From NCBI GenBank assembly GCA_000320545.1, contig ADNK01001110.1:6977-70976 (forward strand): DNA of 64,000 nucleotides, read 5' to 3'. The translations under genes and the position numbers were made by a program. The notes under the pieces were generated by a model that worked only from the letters and a program-made list of their open reading frames with translations, made no database searches and had not been told where the DNA came from. Source of the DNA: Bigelowiella natans CCMP2755 (lineage: Eukaryota > Protista > Cercozoa). Below, one piece after another: positions 26,101-37,600 of the stretch. How positions within the stretch are numbered: position 1 is the stretch's first letter; the number at the start of each line of letters is the position of its first letter.

Positions 26101-27511
26101 TCAGATTGTTTAGAATCCCAGCGTACCGAGGTGGCGGCAGTGGGGGGAGGGGCAGCAGAGCCACGTAGTCTGATATGGCCGAGTCCCGAGCGAGCTGCAG
26201 GCGCAAGAGAAAGGACGAGAAAGGACGAGAAAGGACGAGAAAGGATAAGGTCGCATTTTCAATCATATCAGGATTATTCGTTCATTCTATCCTCCCTGTC
26301 TTGCCATCATTTACTTCCGTCATTAATTACCTGCTGGAAGCCTCGCAGCCGGGTATTTGAGACGTTGAATTGACATCCGCGCACGACCCGAATTCCTGAG
26401 AACGACCACACACCCGCCTCATATGATGGAGTCGCTACAATAGATTTCTGATGTTTTCATTCGTGGACGCACCATTAGCAAGCAGGTGTGCCGTCAATCG
26501 TTTGAGCAACGTGGCCGAATTTGGCGAAAGCAGTCGCGAAACTACACCGCCTCCTGGGGAAGTCTGCAGATGAAATAGATTGATGAGTGTTGTTATGGTT
26601 TATGAGGTGCTTTGACAATCAGGTGTCACGCGGCATTAAAATAGCAATTAAGTCTAAAGGACAACCAGTGCAAACGAGGGGTGGGCGGAGGAGACGAAGT
26701 TTCCGAATTCCTGTCATAGTAGCATTATGTCGAAACAGGTCAAATTGACTATCATCTTCGGCAGTGGAGAAATTCGCACTCTCTCACCTTAGACTCCCAA
26801 TCGGTGAAGGTTTGAACTTTCAGATAACCGTTCGTTTCCGCGCACTTCGTAGATACGTGCTTGATGAATAGCTCGCGGGCGAGCGCATGGGATGGTCGTC
26901 TCCATATGGCACGAAGCACGTCAAAGTACACAAGGGTGTATCGACGATTTGATTGAAGGAGACGCTCCAGACGCTGCTCGAGCTGTCAGTCCAACGTTCA
27001 ACAGGGCACACATGTGTTCTCGTTAGAATGGTGAAACAGACATGCAAAATCGATCCGCCCTCCTCACACCCACACCGGTAGCACACAGTGCGAAATATAT
27101 ATGCGGCACCTGGAAAAATATCTGCAGCAGGTGAGGACCATATGCCCTGAGAGGAACAAGACGAATAGCTCAGATTACGGGAGGACAGCGCGTGCACAAC
27201 TCGTAAACACAACCAGTCAAGTGAGGGCGACGACAGCGCGTCAAGAAGAAGTGAGTCTCCGTCGACAATGAAAGGCTGTCCTGCATCCTCTATCTCTTCG
27301 TACGAGGTGTACATCTGCACTCGTATAAAAGGTTCATAATAACTGCTTAGCACACGGCAGTACCCTGGGGAACGAGGCACTCAACGATTGCACTCATGAA
27401 TACTTTCATTTCAGGCACACAAAATTCGAACCGCCAGACGCTTGCGCACGCCACCACCTTGTGGAAGACTCGCTCCATCTTCTGTTCCAAACCTCCACCC
27501 TTTTCTTCCAT
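17201..27511 (-). CDS. DDX60: Multi-exon DDX60-like Ski2-family DExD/H RNA helicase
   Basis: N-terminal FIVDGDSLLLDAL..SLDW. Helicase core: PDPRVSGFYPDKWQREMLDIVD, APTSSGKT (Walker A), YVCPT, YDEVH, LALSATVGN, RGVGVHHEGL, TLAVGVNMP and QMAGRAGRRG. C-terminal LNAYALDFLKHG...AWILLRDW. Last exon RFRQKFKTLSAQG* has its stop at 17201-17203. Confidence 0.85.
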
Positions 27512-28077
27512 TGTATCACTATTTCCCTTCCGTTCCTCCTCCTTCACTTGAGCTCCGTAAAATTCTTCTCTCTTCCCTGAGATGCTGCTCTCTCGGCGCG
27601 CGTGACCCCAGTTTCAGACTTTGCCGTCAGATTAGAAGCGGGCTCGATGCTTCCTAAAATAGTTCCATTCGAATTCTACGACATGAAAGATGTAGTAAAA
27701 ACTTTGAAAAATTCAGAGATATTCCCAATTCAGGGAAGAAACTCTTTTGTAAATAGAACTGACGGTCTCAGCTGCTTCACCTTCTTGAAATTGCCGTCGC
27801 CCGTGGATGAGGAGCATTTCCAATTGGAATCACCTACATTCCGCACCGAAATCGAGACAAAACTGAAGACGTAGATCGAAAATAAAATGGGTTTCAAGAA
27901 GAGCAGTTGTGTGTTGAACGACATGCACAAGTGCATGACGCTGTTCCTAATCGGTCGATGATCTGGCTGCCTGCTGCTGCTGCCTCAAAACCGCTCTTTT
28001 TTTTTTTACGTGCGGTTGCTTCCCGCCTGGCAGCGCATTGAAAAAGATTTAACCCCACCTCCCATCCCATTAGGACC

Positions 28078-28555
28078 ATGTTCGCAGATGAATCTGAGTC
28101 TGATCCACCCAGTAGGTTGGTGGAGAAGCAGCCCGCCGACAATGGAACGGAGCAGCCCTCAACCGACAGTCTCAGGGTGACCGGTGGAGGAGCAGAAGAA
28201 GGCAAGACGAATGGGGATGTCTACGACGTGTCCCTGTCTAAAGAAGACCGTCAGGATATAAGTCGGCGCATAAATGCAATCACAGCTGCACGCGCCAAGC
28301 TGAATCGTGTGGGCAGTAGGAGGAGTAGTCGAAGCCAATCGCAATCTCTGAACGACTCGCGGATGGCCACCTCAAAGCAGCATCACGGACTCGAGGCACC
28401 GACCCCTTTAGATACACCCGCTGGTCGTCGGAATGGAGGCATTCCCTTGCATCCACTCAGCTTAAGAGACGCCAAATCTCCTCTCCATATGAGCACAGGT
28501 TTGGTTGGGAAAGCGAGGGATAAGATCATGATTGTGTAGCAGCTCACATTCTCAT

Positions 28556-28592
<37 letters not shown>

Positions 28593-29924
28593 ACACGCTT
28601 TCATGCGAAATTACTTTCCTTACATCCCACCGTGTGGTGCACTGTGCCCTTCACCACGGCATAAAAAGCAGGGCTCGATAGAACTCTCTGCAGTCCTCAG
28701 ACTGGAAACATCGCTAATCATCCCTCGCTCCATGGCCGTTCAAACTATAGTCTCAGCTTGCAACCTGGAAGAATTAGCTTAAGGGAGAGCAGGCCTCACA
28801 GCCCAAACGTCCCCCACCGTGCCATTTACGTTGCGGGAGATGTCAAAGAAACAAATGCAGTAGCAGAATCGAACCCGGAATCAAGCTGTTCAAACGACTT
28901 CATTGGGTTTTTGGGTGTGTATTTTCCTTGCAAATGGTCCATGAGAGCAGTGTGCGCGGCACCACCACGGCTCATCCTGATTTCCTCCCTTTTATCCTCA
29001 GGAGTATACGTGTCGACGCTGTTCATCTTGTCGACGCCTGCACTGCTGATCTACCCGTTCGCTGCCGTATTTTCTGGTGTTGCTACTATTGCGACATTGA
29101 TGCACTATCTGAGAGTGCTGTACCCCAACTCAATCACAAAGTATTAGTCAGCGCTCTTTCACCCAGGTGGGGAAAGAGAGGGGAGATCCTTCGTGTTCAA
29201 TCTGGGCGTGTACTGTTACTCAGGTGCCAAATGGTCGTTTCCTTCATGGAAGGGGCAATCTCAGGGATTTGCCTTGCATTTATGAAGTTAGTCGTCTCGA
29301 GGTGGGTAGTGACAACGCTCTCCAGGTCATAATACTGTCGGTGATGGGTCGCCGATTGATTGTTTAGATTTTTGGACCCCACGGGCACGGATCTGCAAGC
29401 ACTGTATGAATACGCGATCATCGCTTTTGGATTCTCGACCCTGAACGAGGTGGCGGTGCTACTAGTGGTTCGGTTGGTGGTGGCGACAACTTTAATAAAA
29501 TTTAAAAATATTGTTTTCTGCACTTGCAATTTACCCGTCATTGGTACGGTAGCACGTAGTGCACAGCCGCATCTTCCTAGCTTTCTTGCCAGCTGAAGGT
29601 GTGGAGGGGGGAGGATAGAAGAGATGAGTATATTAGCTCCCTTTTTCAAGAATCCCCTCAGTTTTATGACATTACAGTATGTTTTGATTTAACGTTTCTC
29701 TTCCATTCTCTCTCTCCCCCTCTCACTCTCTCCCCCTCTCCCCTCTCTGGATGGGTGCTGGTGCTTGTCGCTGTGCTGCTTGTCGCTACAGATGTTAAAG
29801 TGTCTCAGCATCCGCCGCATCACATATGCTGCATACGTGATTGACCAGAAGGCGTTACTCGCCTACGCAATCTGCGTATCCTGTGGCCTTTCTGTGATCG
29901 AAAACCTCCTCCAGATCTACTCGG

Positions 29925-29957
<33 letters not shown>

Positions 29958-31297
29958 AGAATCTATGCACAGGCTGAATCTCAAAAAGTAGCCCCTCGCC
30001 GCAAAGTAGCGGTGGTTGATGTCTGTTTGTGTGAGGGTGAGTGTGGAGCAGCCGCTTTTCGATCACAATACGATTTCATCTAGATTTCATCTCAACGATT
30101 AGGCTGCACGAACGAGACTGCAAGCTGCTGGGAATCGAACTTTGATGACGCAGATATCATCCTGTGCTCCCCCCCCCCCCCCCTCCTCCCCCTCCTCCTT
30201 CTGCTTCTCCTTCCCCTCCCCTATGAAGATATTCCTTTCTACGTCTCTTCCAGGGGAAATAACGTTGATGATGATGGCTAATAACGACTTATGACGAAAC
30301 ATGCGTATATTACATATCCAAATGCTCATTTCAGGAGATTTGAGGAAGGGCGACGCACGTTTGTCGTTGCCATGCTTCAAACGCTTCTGTTTACACCACT
30401 GCAGATTCTCACTGGTCAGTCTTGGCTCGTAGCAACTATGTCTTCCCGCATTCTCCACTATATCATTATCATTATCATTATCATCATTTTCAGTTATAAA
30501 CAGCATCCATGTCGTTGATTTCCCCAGGAATGTTGATCAGCACGTTGTACAGCGAAGCACGGTTCTTTCGTCAAGGCCACAATATGCTCTCCATAGCGCT
30601 GCTTCCCATCCTCATTAGAGGCTTCTGTATCTTCATCGGACTAGCCTCACGTTCGTACACCCAAATGCATGTTATCTCTTCCTACTGCCCCCAAAACAAC
30701 ACTATTGCGATTTCTTATGCATAGGCCATCCTAAGATGATCTAGAGCGAATGCAGCACAGCAACCAGATTGCTGCCTGTTTCGCACAGGCAGTTAAACAT
30801 GTATGAACAACTCCGTTCTCCGCTATGTTGACGACGATTGCTGCCCCCCCCCCCCCCCCCTACCCTACCCCCCCTTCCCGGTCCTAGGTGGCGAAGATAC
30901 GGTCTGGGTCGAGGCCGCTGGAATGTTCATCGTGGGTTTCACCGTGATCGGGCTGGCTTTGTTTCAAAGGTTTCGGATAATACGAAACAACCGGCTTGTA
31001 AGCACGATCTCAACTCGGAGCAGGTCGAATTCACGCTCTGCCACCAAGAAGCTGCAGCGAACGGACGCCAGGAACCAGTCGATTAGAAATCTAGTGGCGC
31101 AAGGTAATTCAGATTGAGAGTGTGCGAGTGGCAAGTGAGCACCGTCATTCAGCGTGATTTATAACGATGCGGTGCGGAGGTATTGTGCTATTTAAGAGTC
31201 TGATCTTCGCTCTTATCCTTTCTTGTCTGCCCCGCACACAGGCCTTGTTAGCAAAGCCAGGTGTGGGATAATCTGCTGTGAGTGCTGCTACTCTTGA
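28078..31297 (+). CDS. Multi-exon multi-pass membrane protein of unknown family with a Cys-rich C-terminus
   Basis: Disordered first exon (28078-28539), several hydrophobic exons (28750-31000), and a last exon GLVSKARCGIICCECCYS* ending at 31297. Confidence 0.55.
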
Positions 31298-32114
31298 TAC
31301 AAACAAAGTATAATATGCACAGCGCTGAGCCGAGATCGTAGTTGCTCTTACGTCATCTCGGATGGATGATAGATGGAGAATACTACGATTTGATGCACAA
31401 ATATCTAACTTCATTCGCCTAAAAGTCTAATAACGATTTGTATGAATAAGTTACATATCCTTTCCCTACCACACGTTTCTCCATTAGTTCTGTTATTGCA
31501 TATTAATTCACGACGACAACTGCTTGTGATAAAATCTTGCATGCACAGCAGGCGCAAATCTAGTTTGTTCTGTTGCGAATGCAAATGAATAACGAGCCAT
31601 CATCAGCACATTGAAGTCAAGTGTGATCAGCGCCGCACAATATTGCCCGCCTGCGCTACTGTTGCTTCTATTATTGCTGCTGATCATGGAATAGAATTTG
31701 AATGGACCAACTCTTAAAGATAGCGATAACAAGAACAGTTTGTAATAGTTCTGTGAAAGGCGTTGCGCCTAGCAGACGATGAGCGTGCTTGCAGCTATAC
31801 TTAATTACAAGCAAATACTGCAATAACTAGACAAGCTCTCGTTTTGTCAGTAGCCCAACTAGCCAACTTACCGTCATAATAGGTCTTACATTCCATCATG
31901 CAGTCTATACGAAGGCTAGAAGGTGATGAATGCTGTCAAGGTATAACACCAACATGTAGCTATAACATTGTACGGCTCATATCGTATGAGTACAGGACCG
32001 TCTTGAAGCAGTCGTAGAATTACAGCAGCAGAGACCAGCAGAGACCAGCAGGAAAGCGACGATATCGGCGTTCCATGAATCTCTAGAATACTACCGTCGA
32101 CTTTCGGTCGATTA

Positions 32115-33569
32115 TCAAGTACTGCCTTCAAGAATCAGGCTTCGGTGCCGCGCCATTGCATCTGTCATTGCCCTTAAATTGTGGATGGTGAGCAGCGTAT
32201 GCACGACAGGCTCCTTCGCCCGAAGCAGATGGTTGAGGTACGCCCTCGTGTAGTTTTGGCACGTGAAGCAGTCGCAGTCGTCTTCGATCGGAGTGTAGTC
32301 ATAATCATAGATCGCTTTCGGCAGCTTCAGCCGGCCTTTCTTCGTGATGAGGTGGCCGTGTCTCGCCATCCGCGTGGGGTAGCACGAATCAAACGTATCG
32401 ACCCCCAAGGCGACACCATGGGCGATTGACTCCAAATCTGCGATGCCCAGCAAGTGGACGGGCTTACTCGGTGGAAGCGTTGGCATGATATGTGTGAGCA
32501 GCTGGACGAGTTCCTGCCGGTCCCTGCCGAGGCTGCCTCCGATCGCAATCCCGTCGAACGGCAGCGAGCTTAAATACTCAACTGACATCTTTCTCAACTC
32601 TAGGTTCATCCCACCATGGACGACGCAGTACATTGCCTGATTCCGAACGTCCTTGAGATGTTCTTGCAGGCTCCTAGCTTCCCATCTATGCGTGCGGTAT
32701 AGGGAGTGGAGCAGGCGCGTTTCGTCCACGTTCACGGGCAACAGCTCGTCCAACGGCACGATGATGTCCGCGCCATACGCCTTCTGAGCCCTGACAGAAC
32801 TCTCGGGGGTGAGCAATATCTTCTTCCCATCTTTATACGATCGAAAGGTCGCTCCTTCCTCTGTCACTCGCAGCATGGACTTCTCGTGGTGCCTCTTTGC
32901 AAGCGACTTGGAGCCCCCCCCCCCCTCGTCGGAATCCTTGCCGGAGAGGGAGAAGACCTGGAACCCCCCGGAGTCTGTGATGATGGGTCGGTGGCGGTTG
33001 ATGAACTTATGGATGCCTCCTGCCTTCTCTATGACGTCGGGGCCAGGCTGTATCATCAAGTGGTACGAGTTACAGAACATGAGCTGGCAGTTTGCCTCGT
33101 TGGCTGCTTGGTGGTCGACAGCCTTCAGGGTTCCGTTCGTTGCCACCGGCACGAATCCGGGCGTATCTATGACGCCGTGCGGGGTGTGTATCCTGCCCAC
33201 TCGTGCTCGGGACGTTTTGGATTGGTAGACCAATTCGAAGCGGAAGAAGTCCTTCTCCTCGTACGCCCACCCAGGAAAGTCCCCCGGAACAAGGGGGGGA
33301 GTGAGTGGATGTACGGAGGCGGGCCTTTTCTTCCCTTTCCTCGTAACTACCGCCTCTTCGCTCACCTTCTCCCCCTCTCCTGTGTCGGCTGATGCGCCGC
33401 ATAAGTATCGTCGGGGCTCTCGACTGTGTGGAAGGGGTCTAAACGAAGAGGATGAATTATAGCCGAGACAGCAAGGATCCCGACTGCTCATTCCCCTTAA
33501 TTCTCGCGTATGCCACCGGAGCCTGCGAAGGCACGAGGCCATTTCAGCGAGTGGGGCCGAGGGAGCCAA
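32115..33569 (-). CDS. tgt: Queuine tRNA-ribosyltransferase (bacterial, Chlamydiae-like type) with an N-terminal organellar presequence; intronless
   Basis: Motifs ARVGRIHTPHGVIDTPGFVPVAT, TDSGGFQVFSL, GADII, AIGGSLG, HLLG, GVDTFDSCYPTRMARHG and the Zn site CDCFTC..H. Arg/Ser-rich ~100-aa extension. Confidence 0.95.
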   Translation of the reverse strand: MAPSAPLAEMASCLRRLRWHTRELRGMSSRDPCCLGYNSSSSFRPLPHSREPRRYLCGASADTGEGEKVSEEAVVTRKGKKRPASVHPLTPPLVPGDFPGWAYEEKDFFRFELVYQSKTSRARVGRIHTPHGVIDTPGFVPVATNGTLKAVDHQAANEANCQLMFCNSYHLMIQPGPDVIEKAGGIHKFINRHRPIITDSGGFQVFSLSGKDSDEGGGGSKSLAKRHHEKSMLRVTEEGATFRSYKDGKKILLTPESSVRAQKAYGADIIVPLDELLPVNVDETRLLHSLYRTHRWEARSLQEHLKDVRNQAMYCVVHGGMNLELRKMSVEYLSSLPFDGIAIGGSLGRDRQELVQLLTHIMPTLPPSKPVHLLGIADLESIAHGVALGVDTFDSCYPTRMARHGHLITKKGRLKLPKAIYDYDYTPIEDDCDCFTCQNYTRAYLNHLLRAKEPVVHTLLTIHNLRAMTDAMARHRSLILEGST

Positions 33570-34257
33570 TCCTTCTTTTGAACGTTATTGGTGTACACCC
33601 CCTCGTCAAGTACATCCGCCCTTTCGGAGCTGAGCCTCAGCCTGATGAGATCGACAACTATAATCAGGAAAAAATTTAAGCCAAAAACATCCTATAAAAT
33701 ATAATTAAGTATGTCGGAAAAATGGCAAATGTGAAGATTTTCCAGCGTCACAACATACGTATAAGAGACAGAAAAGCCAGGATTTTCCCCGTGCGACAAT
33801 CAAATTAGATGTCAACTTGAGGTGAATCCTCGAGGATCTAAGCGTCTCCGGATCCAGCATCATCCGGCGTCAGTGCGGGAAATTTCAATGGGCGACGCAC
33901 TTTGGGGAGTCTGAGGGCAAAACGGAATGTGAGTACCGTTAAGAATTACTGGGTAAACAAAAGCGAGTACACTTTATTTTGTAGTGAAAGGGTGAAGCCA
34001 TTCACGGGTTTCGCTCAATTCCACCGCCATCTGAAGACACCGTGGAGTCACGAATTGGGCACCATCGTTGCAAGTCAAAAAACGAGCAGCGTGCCATGCA
34101 CATTGCTAGATTGCGTCTGTCATGAGACTTCCATCACAAATTTAGCCGGCGGTGAACGGAAGCAGCTACAAAATGCTTCCATTTGCAAGCTGTCTGTCTG
34201 ATCACATGTTGCCTACGTGGAAAGTGTTTCGAGAAGTTGGCACCTTTGTGGTTGTCC

Positions 34258-34583
34258 TGTTGCGCGTAAGGTGTTCACAGGCCGAGGCGCTACGTGCACA
34301 AGTAGGCAGGGGGGGGGAAAGGCACGTTTGCTTCCTTTTGAAGAGTTGTGTTTATTTTTATTAAAGATTATATTTTTATTAAATCGTGCACTGCGTAATC
34401 ATTCGCGAAGCTTTCGCGAATGCCGCCGCACGTGGGGCAGCACACTTCCGGTGTGCTGCCATGAGTCCCGCCGGAACCCACGTGCCTATGCTGTATTAAT
34501 ATCTACGTTATCTATATTCTATATCCGCGACAACCCCTTTGTTGTCGCACGTGACTTGTGCCCGCGTAGTGGTACGCGCTACA
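34258..34583 (-). repeat. 3' LTR
   Basis: TGTTGCGCGTA...TACGCGCTACA; identical to 39648-39973 by eye. Confidence 0.97.
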
Positions 34584-34594
34584 CCTCCCCCAAG
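34584..34594 (-). other. Polypurine tract
   Basis: The minus strand reads CTTGGGGGAGG directly before the 3' LTR. Confidence 0.8.
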
Positions 34595-34634
34595 TCACGT
34601 TGCTCCTTCCTTCCTTCCTTATTCCCTTAGACCT

Positions 34635-37600
34635 TCATCGCTTTCGGAACTTCACCAACCACCAGGTAATAGATTCCTCTCTAACCTTATCTCCTTTGTC
34701 GCTTACCCAGAACTCACCTTCGTCCTTAGGTTCGTGTCCATACCAGCCCTCTGCATCAAGGTCCCCCAGGACCTTATACCAGTGCTCAAAGGGTAAGTCG
34801 GGAACAGCTAGGTAGAGTAGCTGATATTTTCCGTCCTTTATTTTCATAGCTACCCTCTCCATATTTCGTAATCCAGGGTAGCCTAGATAGACAATCTTCA
34901 TGCGCCAATCGTCGTTCACCCTGACCTTATTGTTTCCATATTCCACATCGAACTTAGGTCGGGGTCCTAAACAAGGCATTGCTCGCTCCCACACAGTAGG
35001 GTTTACTTTAACATCCTCTAGGAGCTTCTCACCGATATCATAATTCTTTAGGTGACTGATGTGGCGCAAGGTGACCCTGTTCCCATCATAGATGTAGTAC
35101 TGCTTCCTCCCCTTCCTCTCGGTAACCTTTGCAACGCCACCCCAGAAGGGGTCTTGTTTATTTCTCGATCTCAGATTTACCTTGGCCCTAACATACTGTC
35201 CTTCCTTTAGAACTCGGCCATCGTACGGGACCTTCTCGTCTTCGCTCTCGGTATCGTCGTCGTTGTCGTCGCCTTCTTCCCTCTCCTTATCCTTGATACC
35301 TCCCCCAGACGTGAAGGTGTCGTTTACTAACCCTTGTATCTTGTCTGGTGTGGTGCTATTTATCCTGCTTAGGTTGGCCAAGGTGCGGTGGAGTCGCTCT
35401 ACCTTGGAGTTGGACTGGGCATAGTATACAGGTGAGGCATCAATATTAGGGTGTGGTAGCTGTAGAAGAGAGGTCTCATTATCCACATGTAACTTCTTTG
35501 GTATCTTGTTTATGCTAACTTCATCAGGGATAGCCTGGAGCTCAGACTCCCAGGTACGGTAGCAGTTAGTAAGCCTCTGCTTATATAAGCCTTTGTTCTT
35601 CTTAGCAACGTTGACCTTGATAATCTTTTTAACCCAGCACTTTCCAGTGGCCACATCAACGAAGGTAAGGTAGTGATAGCCATCGTACTTATAAACATCA
35701 ATTTGCACGATATCTAAGAAGTTCCTTGCTTTGATTTTCTTAGATGCACGGCTCTTGCTGGACTCCTTGGTGGCGACGCCTGCCGCCTTCAAGCTGGAGC
35801 ACCTGCAGCCACGCAGGTATGTCCTTATCTCTTTTAGCTTGTAGGGCCAGTAGTAATGGTAGAGTAGAGCAGTGATATGGTTTTCTCCTACGTGTGCAGG
35901 TCCATGGGCGGTAAAGAGAAGGGCTCCCCTGGTCCGCCGTGGCACGTAGGTACGCCTAACATTATTAGTGTATACATATATCCTATCACTAAGTACCTCA
36001 TGCTTGTGTTTGTATTTATCCAGGTGTTCTTGAAGGTGCTGGAGCTCCTCTGGCTCAGGCAGGAAGTCGCCGTCCTCGAAGGTAATCGCGTTAACCATAG
36101 GGGTGACCTGGGTAGGGACTTTCTTTTCGAACAGCCTGCTGAAATAGTCAGCAAGCTGCTTGTCTCCTGGTGCGTAGACCACTGTCCTCTTGTCCCTAAA
36201 CTCTTCCGTGTCCGCCCTCATAGCTGCATACTCATCGTTAGGCGCTTCGAGCTTGCGGTCGATGCCTAGGAGGGGCTTGTGGTCAGTCATTAAGGTGAAG
36301 CTGGGCACCGACAGCAGGTAGTATCTTAGTTTCCTCTGCGCCTCAGTCATGGCTTTATACTCTCCTTTTGTAGGGCTGTACTTGGCCTCAGCTGCTGTGC
36401 AGGCCCTGCCCCACACCCGTATGATCTGCTGGTCTTGGGTAAGTACAGCAGCCATACCTAGCTTAGACCAGTCTGTCCATAGGGTAGCTGGTCTAGTAGT
36501 GTCTAGCTTAGCATTCAATAGGGTGTTGCTGCATAACTTTATTAGGTTATCGAAGTGGGCATCAAGGCCAGCCTTGGCCCACACCTTAGCGAAGCTGAGG
36601 CCTACAGAGTTCTCCTTCCGGTAAGCAGTAGTAAAAGCAGCTGCAGTCCTAGCGTAGGTAGGGGAGAACCTACGTAGTATCCAAGCTGCAGTCTGCAAGA
36701 ATGACTTTAACTCCTTTGCATTCTTAGGTTTAGGGGCTTGCTGTAGTGCTGCTACTTTCTCGGGGTTTGGGGTGATGCGGCCTTGCTCCAGGTAATATCC
36801 ACACCACTTGATTCTTGTAGCTAGGAATGTACACTTCTGCAGTCTAATAGTAAAACCGAAGTGTGCAAACCTAATAAATATATTTTCCAGGAGGAAGATC
36901 TGAGCGACGACTGTGTTGGTACATATTATGTCATCATCCACATACACAAACACAAACACCCACAACACAGACGCCATCCCATCATGTGTGTATGCCCTGT
37001 AGTTCTGACTACTGAACGCATCCCCTGATATGCTTAGGCCGTAAGGGAATACGACGAAGTGCCACTTCCTGTGCCTGCTGGAGAACGCGGTAATGGGGCG
37101 GGAGGTTTTGTGGATGGGTGTCTGCATGTATGATTCATTTTTATCTAGGGAAGAGTAGTATTTGTATCCTATGACGTGTTCAATAACGTCATCTATCCTT
37201 GGTGTAGGTGTCTGGATCCTCTTTATTACTCGGTTGTGGCGGATGAAGTTGTGCGCCAGGCGGAAGAAAGGGTAAGTAGGTTTCTTAGCTAGCACATGTC
37301 TCACGTTCCATGGTGAGTTGCTTGGCTCTATCTTCCCTTCCTTTGCCCATTCATTGATCTGCCACTCTATCTTTTCCCAGTCCGCTTCCGGTCGCCTATG
37401 TTCTGGGTCATTGATGATGCACTCTTCGTATCCCTTCTTTAGCTCGATCTTTACTGGGGTAAGCTTGCTGGAGGGCTTCGTCGTCGGCTTGGTGATGTCA
37501 GAGTACTTCTCGTTTAATATTTTATTAATGTACTTTTTGCCTTTGTCGATATCCCAATCATCAGCTGGGGGGGTCTTGTCCAGTAGCTCCGTTATCTGTC

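Noticed and set aside
34428-34490. Hammerhead or HDV ribozyme in the LTR
   Set aside because: No CUGANGA/GAAA core or convincing HDV pseudoknot could be found by eye.
34217-34630. Repeated ORF ARKVFTGRGATCTSRQ... (also at 39631 and 48527)
   Set aside because: It is an antisense reading of the LTR, with a different start in each copy.
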